In this document: piece after piece, positions 8,109 through 16,294 of the stretch
Layout of the letters: the number at the start of each line of letters is the position of its first letter
How positions within the stretch are numbered: the stretch's first letter is position 1
Virus record (IMG/VR): IMGVR_UViG_3300030035_000024
Direction: 5' to 3' (one strand)
Length of the DNA stretch: 17,624 bases
Origin: a virus
Taxonomy: Duplodnaviria > Heunggongvirae > Uroviricota > Caudoviricetes
Notes under the pieces: model-generated
What the model was told of the DNA's origin: nothing
The model's database searches: none
What the model saw: only the letters and a program-made list of their open reading frames with translations
Translations under genes and position numbers: made by a program

Positions 8109-8715
8109 GCTCGATTATCCTTCCTATTGATACCTCATATGCAGTTCTAAGCTCTACTTCATCACCAGATAATTTTTTATGATAAATCCGGCTCTGGATT
8201 CTTCCGATTATGCTTATGTAATCACCGACCTTGAAATCAGCAGCTTCTCTGGCTTCTTTCCACCATGCTATACATGGGATATAATCTGTTCTTCGCAAGT
8301 CATATTCATTGCAAGCAATCATCAAATCACAGATTTCTTTTCCTATTGGTGTTTTGCGGTAAATAGGAGGCTTGCAAAGATAACCTTCCAGAATGATTTT
8401 GTTTTCACCTTCTGCACTCCCATCACCATCTCCACACCAGATTGTTTCCGCTTTGATTTCAAGAATCAAATGTGACTTTCCACTTTCATGTTTGTTTGAA
8501 GAACTGTATCTCCCTTCAACGTAGACGTGTTTTCCAATCTTTAAGCCTTCCGTCTGCTTTTCTTCAACAATTACTGGAAGCAAATCTACGTTCCCACTGG
8601 TACGCTTTGCACCAATATAGAATCTTACGAATTTTCCTCCGTCCTTGAAAAACGTTCCTGGCTGAATATCCATTATTACGCCATATATCTGAACTTCATT
8701 CTTATTATTCTTCAT
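8053..8715 (-). CDS. ssb: Single-stranded DNA-binding protein, tandem OB folds
   Basis: NKIILEGYLCKPPIYRKTP, TDYIPCIAW, GRIQSRIY, AYEVS motifs. Confidence 0.85.
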   Translation of the reverse strand: MKNNKNEVQIYGVIMDIQPGTFFKDGGKFVRFYIGAKRTSGNVDLLPVIVEEKQTEGLKIGKHVYVEGRYSSSNKHESGKSHLILEIKAETIWCGDGDGSAEGENKIILEGYLCKPPIYRKTPIGKEICDLMIACNEYDLRRTDYIPCIAWWKEAREAADFKVGDYISIIGRIQSRIYHKKLSGDEVELRTAYEVSIGRIIEHESGSKKDFVGELQEVSE

Positions 8716-9322
8716 CCTCCAATTTCTCCATTTCTTTTACGGAAATCTCATATACACTTTCCGTTTCTTCCCCATTAACATAAACATCACGGCTCATTAA
8801 CCTTCCGTTTACTTTAATGTAATCATTTCTTTTAACCTCTACCGCCAGATCAGCACCTTTTCCCCATAAATTGCAGCAAATAAAATCTGCTCTTTCCGAA
8901 TGATCTCTTGGAATTGCTACGAAAAGATTTGAAACTTTCCTGTGCGTTACTGATGTAAGTTTTGCATATGGTTCTTTCGTGCAACTTCTGGCAATAAACT
9001 CTACTTCGTTTATATCGCCCTCTGGAACCTGTTCTTCCAGGATTTCCACCTCGTCAGCTGCGATATAATTAACATTGTGGTGATTATTTGGATTTTTAGA
9101 AGTGTCCATGCTTCTGATTGCTCCTGTTACCACAACTTCTTTTCCGTTATAATCATTGTCACGTACAATGGAATCTTCTATAACGATGGGAAACATATCC
9201 ACTGCACCGCTTTTACGAATGACTGTTAGCATGAATTTGTAATAGTATCTTCCGTAATGTTCGTGGCTAAATACTATTTCCCCGGCTCTGCCGGATAATC
9301 TTACTTTATTTAATCTTTGCAT
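8705..9322 (-). CDS. ssb: Single-stranded DNA-binding protein paralog, tandem OB folds
   Basis: NKVRLSG, FSHEHYG, RKSGAVD, ADFICCNLWG, GRLMSR, YEIS motifs. Confidence 0.8.
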   Translation of the reverse strand: MQRLNKVRLSGRAGEIVFSHEHYGRYYYKFMLTVIRKSGAVDMFPIVIEDSIVRDNDYNGKEVVVTGAIRSMDTSKNPNNHHNVNYIAADEVEILEEQVPEGDINEVEFIARSCTKEPYAKLTSVTHRKVSNLFVAIPRDHSERADFICCNLWGKGADLAVEVKRNDYIKVNGRLMSRDVYVNGEETESVYEISVKEMEKLEDEE

Positions 9323-9499
9323 TTACTTTTCCTCCATTTCTAATATAATAGGAAGAAACACCATTGAGAATAAGACTGTTGATACAAAGAACACCCCGAT
9401 AGCATCAAATGATGTAAGCATCCATGTGATTGAGAAGATTACTGTAAACATCCCTATTCCTACAAATATTTCTCCTATTGTCTTTACCACCTCTTTCAT
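9323..9499 (-). CDS. Small membrane protein, 58 aa, two hydrophobic segments
   Basis: Read manually: MKEVVKTIGEIFVGIGMFTVIFSITWMLTSFDAIGVFFVSTVLFSMVFLPIILEMEEK; GAGG RBS; stop abuts the ssb start. Confidence 0.7.
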   Translation of the reverse strand: MKEVVKTIGEIFVGIGMFTVIFSITWMLTSFDAIGVFFVSTVLFSMVFLPIILEMEEK

Positions 9500-9506
9500 T
9501 TTTTCC

Positions 9507-9641
9507 TCACTTTCTTCTGGATGTGGTTACTGCAAGTGCAGCTGCCAGAATAGCGATAATTACATTTCTTGCCATCAGCTTTTCTTCCAGATCAGCAATG
9601 ATTTCACTGGAAAGTGGCTGATTTTCGCCATTTTTTTGCAT
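9507..9641 (-). CDS. Small protein, 44 aa, hydrophobic C-terminus with basic tail
   Basis: Read manually: MQKNGENQPLSSEIIADLEEKLMARNVIIAILAAALAVTTSRRK; RBS AGGAGG. Confidence 0.65.
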   Translation of the reverse strand: MQKNGENQPLSSEIIADLEEKLMARNVIIAILAAALAVTTSRRK

Positions 9642-9667
9642 AAAAAGTCCTCCTGTTATATTTTTGT

Positions 9668-9696
9668 TTGTCAAATACAGGAGGTTGTGTTATAAT
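9668..9696 (+). promoter_or_regulatory. SigA-type promoter antisense to the early operon
   Basis: TTGTCA-17 nt-TATAAT with extended -10 TG. Confidence 0.65.
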
Positions 9697-9769
9697 AATC
9701 CTGTATTTAACTAACTCATTCTTAGTTAGATACCGTCCTGGTTGGTGTGTCCGCACCTTCCAGGGCAAC

Positions 9770-9952
9770 TTAATCTGTTTTTGTTTGTTCTTCTACATCA
9801 AGTCCAAGCATTCTAAATGCCATGTCCTTTGTGAAATTATAATCGTTCACGCTATTCGCCCAAGCTTCAAATGCCTTTAATCTTCCAACCAGAAGTGCAT
9901 ATTCCTCATTGGCATTCTCTGGAATATAATCTGTACTTTTAGTTTCTCCCAT
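9770..9952 (-). CDS. Hypothetical protein, 60 aa
   Basis: ORF with AAGGAGG RBS. Confidence 0.7.
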   Translation of the reverse strand: MGETKSTDYIPENANEEYALLVGRLKAFEAWANSVNDYNFTKDMAFRMLGLDVEEQTKTD

Positions 9953-9954
9953 GA

Positions 9955-10245
9955 TTATTCCTCCTTATCTTTTGCTCCAAATGTTTTAAGCATTTCTTCC
10001 AGAAGCGAAATAAACGGAATAATTGCATCTATCTGTTTGGAAGTTTCCTTGATTTCTTTATTAAGTTCTTCCTTGTTCATAATGCCATGCTCAAACGAAT
10101 GTCTAAGCTGCTCTTTTACTTCTTCCTCTTTTCCACCATCTTTTACAAACATCTCTTTAATTTCATGGGTGATAACTGCATACTCTGAAAGAATATCAAT
10201 CCCTTTACCAGAAATATTAACTAAACCGTTTTCAAATTTAATCAT
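9955..10245 (-). CDS. Hypothetical protein, 96 aa
   Basis: ORF with GGAGG RBS. Confidence 0.75.
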   Translation of the reverse strand: MIKFENGLVNISGKGIDILSEYAVITHEIKEMFVKDGGKEEEVKEQLRHSFEHGIMNKEELNKEIKETSKQIDAIIPFISLLEEMLKTFGAKDKEE

Positions 10246-10319
10246 TGTTTTTCCTCCCTGTTTTCTTTTATTCTCTCCCTCTGAATGGTATAATGTGTTC
10301 AGAAATGAGGTATGTTAAA

Positions 10320-10535
10320 ATGTTTCTCAAATTAAAAGTTTCCTGTAACTGTCGTTGTAGCTACTACTTGAATGAAGCAATAAGTGCGGATAAAATTTCG
10401 TGTCCAAACTGTGGCAAAGAACATCCGTATTCAAAAGAAATTCTTTCAATGCTTCATACCGCAAATGAAATTCAAGATGTATTTGATTCTGACGGTTTTG
10501 ATATTAAAAGCATTACCACAGAAGTCATTCTTTGA
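10320..10535 (+). CDS. Small Cys-rich zinc-ribbon-like protein, opposite in orientation to the operon
   Basis: CNCRC...CPNC; preceded by TGGTATAAT (10286-10294) and GAGG. Confidence 0.6.
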   Translation: MFLKLKVSCNCRCSYYLNEAISADKISCPNCGKEHPYSKEILSMLHTANEIQDVFDSDGFDIKSITTEVIL

Positions 10536-10743
10536 CCGGAATATATGAAAGCTCTTCAATAACCAACTTCATAAATTCTAAGAACCCTTTTGCTTCCGTA
10601 ACGGACAGATGGCATTCGGCAATTTCAGCTTTTACTTTTTTGTAGAGTTCGTCTGCTTTCTGTCCGTTTCTTCTTCTAAATTCTAAATATTTCTGTCCCT
10701 CATGGCTTGACAGATTTTCAGATAAATATTTTTCAACATTCAT
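10525..10743 (-). CDS. Hypothetical protein, 72 aa
   Basis: ORF with GAGG RBS. Confidence 0.65.
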   Translation of the reverse strand: MNVEKYLSENLSSHEGQKYLEFRRRNGQKADELYKKVKAEIAECHLSVTEAKGFLEFMKLVIEELSYIPVKE

Positions 10744-10758
10744 TATGTTCTTCCTCTC

Positions 10759-11529
10759 CTAACTTGCCATTTCATTTCTCAAAAACTTGTTAATAAAATA
10801 CAGTTGTCCTTTTCCAGTAACTTTTGTGGTTCTCGTTACTCTGACACTTCCGTCTGGATTCTGAACACTGGATTCCTTAACTTCAAATAGCCCTTGTTCA
10901 ATGTATCTCTGCATTGGCATATTGTAACTTGCACCAGACTTCATCAGATAACCATTGTCTCGCATCCACTGGAACAATCTCTTCTGTCCTGTCTGTACAC
11001 CATTCTGGCAAATCAACTTTGCGAGGTCTCCAATAAGGATTGAAGTGTGGCTGGTTGATACCGCATCGGCAAAGATCGTTTTCGGCTTGTCTGCTTCAAT
11101 TTTCAGTCTTTGCTTTTCGATAATCTTGTCTCTCTCTGCGATTTTCTTCTGTGCTACCAGAATTGCTTTCGCCATCAATTCTTCATCAGAAAGTGTTTCT
11201 TGTCCTACAATGTAACCTCCATTCTTACGGATGGATGGTATAACTTCATCAAACACCCATGTTTCAAACTTTTCTGCGGATGGTAGTTTACTCCTTACTA
11301 TCAAACGGTAAATATCCCCTTCTGGTATTACTTTCATGCACTGGATTCCACCTTTTGAAGGTATGTCCATTTCGGACACCCCTTTACAATGAGTACGAAT
11401 TGCTTTTGCTGTTTCCACGTAACCAAGTGCTCTTGCTACATCATTTGCAACAAAATACGGTTTACCATCAATCTCTACCGTCCGAATATCTCCGAACTCT
11501 GGCGAATTAAAAATCTGTAATTCGTTCAT
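10759..11529 (-). CDS. Phage antirepressor, BRO-N plus ANT/KilAC domains
   Basis: MNELQIFNSPEFGDIRTV, WVFDEVIPSIRKNGGY, KPKTIFADAV, TTKVTGKGQLYF. Confidence 0.93.
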   Translation of the reverse strand: MNELQIFNSPEFGDIRTVEIDGKPYFVANDVARALGYVETAKAIRTHCKGVSEMDIPSKGGIQCMKVIPEGDIYRLIVRSKLPSAEKFETWVFDEVIPSIRKNGGYIVGQETLSDEELMAKAILVAQKKIAERDKIIEKQRLKIEADKPKTIFADAVSTSHTSILIGDLAKLICQNGVQTGQKRLFQWMRDNGYLMKSGASYNMPMQRYIEQGLFEVKESSVQNPDGSVRVTRTTKVTGKGQLYFINKFLRNEMAS

Positions 11530-11576
11530 TAGTCTCCTTTCTGTGATATAATCTCCTTTAGGAAGGAGGTGTTAAT

Positions 11577-11752
11577 TTGAAAAGCTTTGATGATTTTTTT
11601 AAACTGTTGACATGGAAAAACTAATCACCCCAACAGTTAGCACGATCGAAAATACAGATAATTTTGTAACTGCCATTACTGGATTATCTACCTCGATTGC
11701 CGTTAATCTTCTACGTCAGTATCACGAATGGATTTCTGAACAGCAGAAGTAA
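11577..11752 (+). pseudogene. Small antisense-oriented gene of about 58 aa, frameshifted at a T7/A3 run
   Basis: TGATATAAT (11544-11552), RBS AAGGAGG, TTG start; MKSFDDF joins TVDMEKL...LLRQYHEWISEQQK if 1 nt is added near 11600. Confidence 0.5.
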
Positions 11753-11894
11753 TTCCATTAGAAACACATTTTGAAATGCTTTTCCCATCAATATTAGTTT
11801 CAAAAATACGTTTCTTTTTAGAGGGCTCCAGGATATTATGAATAGCTTGGAGTTCTTTCAAAATAGCGCAAAGAACGTTATATGTACCACTCAT
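11703..11894 (-). CDS. Hypothetical protein, 63 aa
   Basis: ORF with AAGGAGG RBS directly after the cro-like gene. Confidence 0.7.
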   Translation of the reverse strand: MSGTYNVLCAILKELQAIHNILEPSKKKRIFETNIDGKSISKCVSNGITSAVQKSIRDTDVED

Positions 11895-11906
11895 TTTCCC
11901 ACCTCC

Positions 11907-12149
11907 TTATGAGTTTTCCTTTTTACAAGTTTCATCATCCTCTATAAAATCAGATACTGGAATTCCAAAAAACTTTGCAATTAAAGATAATTTATCAAGC
12001 TTCAAGTTGTAATCCCCGCGGCTCCATTGCGTAAATACAGCAGTAGAAATTCCAGTTCCAACAGAAACTTGGTATTCGGATAAGTTTGCTTTTTCTCTTA
12101 ATTCTTTGAATTTTTGATAAGCATAAGATTTGTTTTCTAGTTCTTGCAA
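11907..12149 (-). CDS. Cro-like XRE helix-turn-helix regulator
   Basis: LREKANLSEYQVSVGTGISTAVFTQWSRG...KLSLIAKFFGIPV; first gene of the leftward early operon; AAAGGAG RBS with TTG start. Confidence 0.85.
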   Translation of the reverse strand: MQELENKSYAYQKFKELREKANLSEYQVSVGTGISTAVFTQWSRGDYNLKLDKLSLIAKFFGIPVSDFIEDDETCKKENS

Positions 12150-12190
12150 AATTGCATCTCCTTTCTTTCAGATATTTTATATAGATAGTA

Positions 12191-12361
12191 TTGACAATAA
12201 CTAAGTTTTCTTATATAATCATAATTGCGAGTTAGAATTAAATAAGTTTCTTAGTTGTTGCCATGCTATCTTTTTGTTTTTCTTACTAAGATTTCTTAGC
12301 TTGTATAAAGAATATCATAGTTTTCTTAGTATGTCAACAATTATTTATTAAGTTTTCTTAA
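12191..12361. promoter_or_regulatory. Genetic switch: face-to-face promoters and five operator-like palindromes
   Basis: + promoter TTGACA(12191)-17-TATAAT(12214); - promoter TTGACA(12337-12332)-17-TATTCT(12314-12309) with TG; near-CTAAG-N4-CTTAG sites at 12201, 12242, 12286, 12316, 12348. Confidence 0.8.
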
Positions 12362-12378
12362 TTTTGATAGGAGAAAAT

Positions 12379-12723
12379 ATGTACTACGAAAATTTTGATC
12401 TTCTTTGCAAGAAAAATAATGTAAAACCAAGTGATGTTTCTAAAAGCACACAAATCTCTACAGCAACTCTTTCTAGTTGGAAAAAAGGTACTTATACCCC
12501 AAAGCAAGATAAATTACAGAAAATTGCAGATTATTTTAAAGTATCAGTGGATTATTTGATGACTGGAGAAAATGTTATCGAAGAATTTTCAGATGAATCA
12601 GCAAGTTTGGTATTTCAGATAAGAAAGGACTTAGAGCTATCCGAAGCATTAAGAAAATATTTTAAGTTATCAGATGTTAAAAAGAAACATGTGGTGGAAT
12701 TGATTAATTTGTTGAGTGAATAA
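12379..12723 (+). CDS. CI-like XRE repressor, no peptidase S24 domain
   Basis: HTH: DVSKSTQISTATLSSWKKG..PKQDKLQKIADYFKVSVDYL; divergent from cro; AGGAG RBS before ATG at 12379. Confidence 0.88.
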   Translation: MYYENFDLLCKKNNVKPSDVSKSTQISTATLSSWKKGTYTPKQDKLQKIADYFKVSVDYLMTGENVIEEFSDESASLVFQIRKDLELSEALRKYFKLSDVKKKHVVELINLLSE

Positions 12724-12733
12724 AGGAGAAAGT

Positions 12734-13114
12734 ATGTATAATTACGAAGATTTGTACAATATTGCAATGAAGCAGATTTCAAGTCAAGAAATTGAACCTT
12801 TACCAATAACATACGCATATTCGGATACGCAATTTGAGATACTAGTAAAGTACATCAAGGAGTTTGAAGAAAGTTTAGATTCTGAACATGAAGTCGGACT
12901 TCTTTTAACCAACTTTGGTAAAACTGTTACAATGCAGGTTACTGAAATCAGCTATGAGAAGTCCGTACTAATGATTTTTAAAGGTTATGTAGATGGGCGA
13001 ATGTCAACATTAATTCAGCATATCAGCCAATTAAATTTTTTGCTTACGTCATTGCCTAAAGATGATTCTCGTCCGAAACAACACATTGGCTTTGTCGTTC
13101 CAACTTCTGAATAG
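12734..13114 (+). CDS. DUF6173-like protein co-transcribed with cI
   Basis: IKEFEESLDSEHEVGLLL..FG and LIQHISQLNFLL motifs; AAAGGAG RBS before ATG at 12734. Confidence 0.7.
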   Translation: MYNYEDLYNIAMKQISSQEIEPLPITYAYSDTQFEILVKYIKEFEESLDSEHEVGLLLTNFGKTVTMQVTEISYEKSVLMIFKGYVDGRMSTLIQHISQLNFLLTSLPKDDSRPKQHIGFVVPTSE

Positions 13115-13277
13115 TTTTTTGCAATTCTTGAATCATATTTGCCTGTATTCCAAGCAAGTTAATAACTGAATAAACAAGTGAAGCGGATGGAAGACCCTCT
13201 TTATTTTGAGGGTCTTTTATTTCTTCTAAAATCTTTTTCTGCTGGTCTTCTGTATATATTAAATCTGTACTATTCAT
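13056..13277 (-). CDS. Hypothetical protein, 73 aa
   Basis: ORF with AAGGAGG RBS, overlapping the end of the upstream small ORF. Confidence 0.6.
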   Translation of the reverse strand: MNSTDLIYTEDQQKKILEEIKDPQNKEGLPSASLVYSVINLLGIQANMIQELQKTIQKLERQSQCVVSDENHL

Positions 13278-13386
13278 TTTTGTTTTCCTCCTTTAATATG
13301 TCAGAAATAATAATATAAATGTATCGTAAAATCTGATCCACTTTTATTTTGTCAAGCATCTCAATAATTTCTTTCTTGTAATCCAC
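13270..13386 (-). CDS. Small protein, 38 aa (MDYKKEIIEMLDKIKVDQILRYIYIIISDILKEENKNE)
   Basis: GTG start with GGAGG RBS, downstream of a promoter with a LexA-like box. Confidence 0.65.
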   Translation of the reverse strand: MDYKKEIIEMLDKIKVDQILRYIYIIISDILKEENKNE

Positions 13387-13407
13387 GTAAATCCCTCCCA
13401 ATAGTCC

Positions 13408-13439
13408 AAACATTTGTTCTTATTTATTAAATTATATCA
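13408..13439 (-). promoter_or_regulatory. Extended -10 promoter with a LexA/SOS (Cheo)-like box
   Basis: TGATATAAT at 13439-13431; GAACAAATGTTT at 13419-13408 versus the Firmicutes consensus GAAC-N4-GTTC. Confidence 0.6.
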
Positions 13440-13791
13440 TGTTTTCATAACCATATACCGGGATGGAATCATCTCCGCTTAAATCTTTCCTAGCAAGTTG
13501 CTTTTCCTCGATATTATTGCAAATTATGATTTTTTCAGTATAGATATTGTGATTTTGGTACTTTTCATTCGTTATATATGTAGATAGAAATAAAGAGGCT
13601 GGGCTTCTGGAATCGAGGGATTTTTTGTGCTCATTTGGATTGCTTTTGATTTCCGTCACCATGTTTGCGATAGTTTTAACCCTCCCAAAGATAATACTAC
13701 GCTCTGGGCTGAAATACACATGAATCCCAATAAACACATGCACAAACATCAATATTAAGATAATCGTTATCTTCTTACATCTTTCCATCAT
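13432..13791 (-). CDS. Hypothetical protein with N-terminal membrane anchor or signal
   Basis: KKITIILILMFVHVFIGIHVYF; GAGG RBS; divergent from the response regulator. Confidence 0.6.
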   Translation of the reverse strand: MMERCKKITIILILMFVHVFIGIHVYFSPERSIIFGRVKTIANMVTEIKSNPNEHKKSLDSRSPASLFLSTYITNEKYQNHNIYTEKIIICNNIEEKQLARKDLSGDDSIPVYGYENMI

Positions 13792-13917
13792 ACAGCCTCT
13801 TTACACTATCTTTCTTATGTGGTACGATAATATTGTATCAAAAAATATACAATTACACAGGAAATGGCGAAATTAGCACATGCAGCGACGAATTTCGCAC
13901 AAAAAGGGATGATTTTT

Positions 13918-14619
13918 TTGAGGATTGCAATATGTGATGACAACGAATTACAAATTGAGATTTTTAAAACCAGAATGGACGGTTTTCTTCGTAGAAATGG
14001 GGACAGTGGATGCACGATCACGGCATATACCACCGGTAAACCTCTTATTGATGATGTAAATGACGGCGTATGGTACGACATAATTGTGCTGGATATTATA
14101 TTGAAAGATGAAAATGGGATTGATGTTGCCCGGCATCTTAGAAAGAATGGATATGTAGGGAATATCACCTTTTGGACAGCCCACAAGGAATATGTGTTTG
14201 ATGCTCTGGATATCCTTCCTGTTCACTATATCATAAAAGGCTCGGAAGATGGAAGAATGTATGGTGTAGTCAACAGGGAACTGGAAAATATCCATGATAA
14301 AACGCTGACTGTAAAGAACAAGGATTATTTCCACAGGGTTGATTTCTGCCATATTGAATATATTGAAAGTCGCAATAAATACATCACTATCCATTGTACC
14401 TGTGGTATCGCTCATATGCAGAGAGGGAAACTTTCGGACGTTGAAAAGCAACTGGACAGACGGTTTTTACGCTGCCACCAAAGCTACATTGTCAACATGG
14501 ATGAAGTCTGGGAACTTCGTGCTGATTTCAGAATGGTATCTGGAGATGTGGTTCCGATTAGGAGAAAAGACCTTTCGACGATCAGAAAACTTTATGAAGG
14601 TTATATTGCATTTAAGTAG
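13918..14619 (+). CDS. LytTR/AgrA-family response regulator (REC + LytTR)
   Basis: RIAICDD, DIIVLDI, GIDVA, IEYIES, FLRCHQSYIVNM; start is probably TTG 13918 or ATG 13909. Confidence 0.92.
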   Translation: MRIAICDDNELQIEIFKTRMDGFLRRNGDSGCTITAYTTGKPLIDDVNDGVWYDIIVLDIILKDENGIDVARHLRKNGYVGNITFWTAHKEYVFDALDILPVHYIIKGSEDGRMYGVVNRELENIHDKTLTVKNKDYFHRVDFCHIEYIESRNKYITIHCTCGIAHMQRGKLSDVEKQLDRRFLRCHQSYIVNMDEVWELRADFRMVSGDVVPIRRKDLSTIRKLYEGYIAFK

Positions 14620-14640
14620 CTCCCGGGAAAACCCCGGGAG
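14620..14640. terminator. GC-rich hairpin between convergent genes
   Basis: CTCCCGGG-AAAAC-CCCGGGAG. Confidence 0.7.
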
Positions 14641-14645
14641 TGTTA

Positions 14646-15452
14646 TTATTTCAGTAATTCGTTGACTTTTTTCTGCACTTCTGCGTAGTTGTAGCCAGCG
14701 GATTCCAGGCGGTCTCGTCTATCTTGTCCATTCCCCCATTCGCCGTTGATTACCTCTTTTGCTACCTTGGCTACACTTTTCTTTGCAGTCACGGAATACA
14801 CTGCTTTTCCATTCCAGTCAAAAACAGAGTAACCGGCTTTGCAAGCCTTCTTTGCATTTTTGAGTGACTTGTACGCCCCGATCTGGCTCTTGGAATCCTT
14901 CCAGGTCTTGCGGACACGGTAATACTTGTCAACCTTTACTGTCGGCTTTGTGGTTGGCGCTGTCACTGTTTCACTGGAAATGAGCTTCTTGAATCTATTC
15001 CAGTCACCCTTTACACGGATAACGGATGGACAATTCTTAGCGCACACATCATAATGCTGCACTACTCGGAATGCCGGGATATTGTACTTTTTCATCAATT
15101 GCTTGCACACATCAACGGTATTTTGGAATGCCTTTTCGTAGTTATAGCCGGCATTCATGCACATTTCAATTCCAATAGAGTTGTGATTGTTCACAGTTCC
15201 GAAAAGCTTACCACCGTAATTTACTCCAACATGCCAAGCTCCACGATTATACGGCAATGCTTGGTATGCTGATTTATCGTCCACGAATACATGGGCTGAA
15301 TAGCCATGAAAATTGCCATTATGCTGTGCGGTGGCGTGTGCCTTGGCATCTGCTGTAGCTGCGGTATTATCCGTATTGTGGATGACAATATACAGAGGTG
15401 TTTGTCCTGCGTAGCTGTTATTATTGCTGATTAATGAGGTGTTAATATTCAT
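14646..15452 (-). CDS. Endolysin: N-acetylmuramoyl-L-alanine amidase (Amidase_2) with Cpl-7/CW_7 binding repeat
   Basis: YIVIHNT, SAHVFVD, AWHVG, SIGIEMC, QHYDVCAKNCP; VAKEVINGEWGNGQDRRDRLESAGYNYAEVQKKVN; AAAGGAG RBS before ATG at 15452. Confidence 0.93.
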   Translation of the reverse strand: MNINTSLISNNNSYAGQTPLYIVIHNTDNTAATADAKAHATAQHNGNFHGYSAHVFVDDKSAYQALPYNRGAWHVGVNYGGKLFGTVNNHNSIGIEMCMNAGYNYEKAFQNTVDVCKQLMKKYNIPAFRVVQHYDVCAKNCPSVIRVKGDWNRFKKLISSETVTAPTTKPTVKVDKYYRVRKTWKDSKSQIGAYKSLKNAKKACKAGYSVFDWNGKAVYSVTAKKSVAKVAKEVINGEWGNGQDRRDRLESAGYNYAEVQKKVNELLK

Positions 15453-15638
15453 GTGTGGTCTCCTTTCATTATTGAGGTTAAAAAAGCGCATAATAAAAAG
15501 AACCCCAAATGGAGTGCTCTTTAGCATAAACTCTTTATACAATATATCTCTTATGATTAAATTTCACGGAATCATGGCTGTTATTGCCCCAAAGGGAAGG
15601 TACTATGCTATAATATCTTTGTACCCTTTGTGGTGCTT

Positions 15639-15686
15639 GGAGTTGGACTTTTTGATTGGTCGTCGGGAGTCCAACTCCCTTTTTTT
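15639..15686 (+). terminator. Intrinsic terminator-like hairpin
   Basis: GGAGTTGGACT...AGTCCAACTCC followed by a T run. Confidence 0.65.
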
Positions 15687-15785
15687 GTTATTCGGTTATA
15701 CTGATTATAGCATATCTATCTTTTTGTGGTAGTATTTAATTGTATTTTGTCTGTTTATCTTTCACGATATAATAGTGATACAAGG

Positions 15786-16280
15786 TTATTTAAAAACACT
15801 AATAAAAATAGGATTGGAATATATATCGCATTCAAAAATTACAGCTTTTCCACCCTCATCAATTTGAATTTTTGCATCATTTCTACCTTCATAAATTTTT
15901 TTAATTGATACATTATTAAATACTCCACCAGTTTGTCCGAGGGTTATAAGATAGAGTCCAGTTCTATTAATGCATAATACGCCAATATCTGAAACGATTG
16001 GTGTAATACGATATTGAGAACGATTATTTTCGGTTTTTATATGTTCAGCTCTGCTAATGTATTTTTTGGTCTCACTATTTAGTGCATTTATCGCCCCGAT
16101 GATTGTCTTATTATTTGTCTCCAATTTCGAGATAACAGCCGTTGACATTTTATTAACGACATAATCCCAAAACTTGCTCATTAGTCCGCGTTTATTCGCT
16201 CTCGCAGTTGCGTCATACAGCATTACTTCGTCATTATCCGCTAACGTATCTTTTGATGTGTATTCAGTCCATTTTGGCAT
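15786..16280 (-). CDS. Hypothetical tail-associated protein
   Basis: Position after the tail gene; LETNNKTIIGAINALNSE motif typical of tail-fibre-associated proteins; AAGGAGG RBS. Confidence 0.65.
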   Translation of the reverse strand: MPKWTEYTSKDTLADNDEVMLYDATARANKRGLMSKFWDYVVNKMSTAVISKLETNNKTIIGAINALNSETKKYISRAEHIKTENNRSQYRITPIVSDIGVLCINRTGLYLITLGQTGGVFNNVSIKKIYEGRNDAKIQIDEGGKAVIFECDIYSNPIFISVFK

Positions 16281-16294
16281 GTGGTTGCCCTCCT

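Noticed and set aside
15453..15542. N-terminal extension of the endolysin in the ORF track as a signal or SAR sequence
   Set aside because: A strong RBS precedes ATG 15452 and the extension is not a convincing signal peptide.
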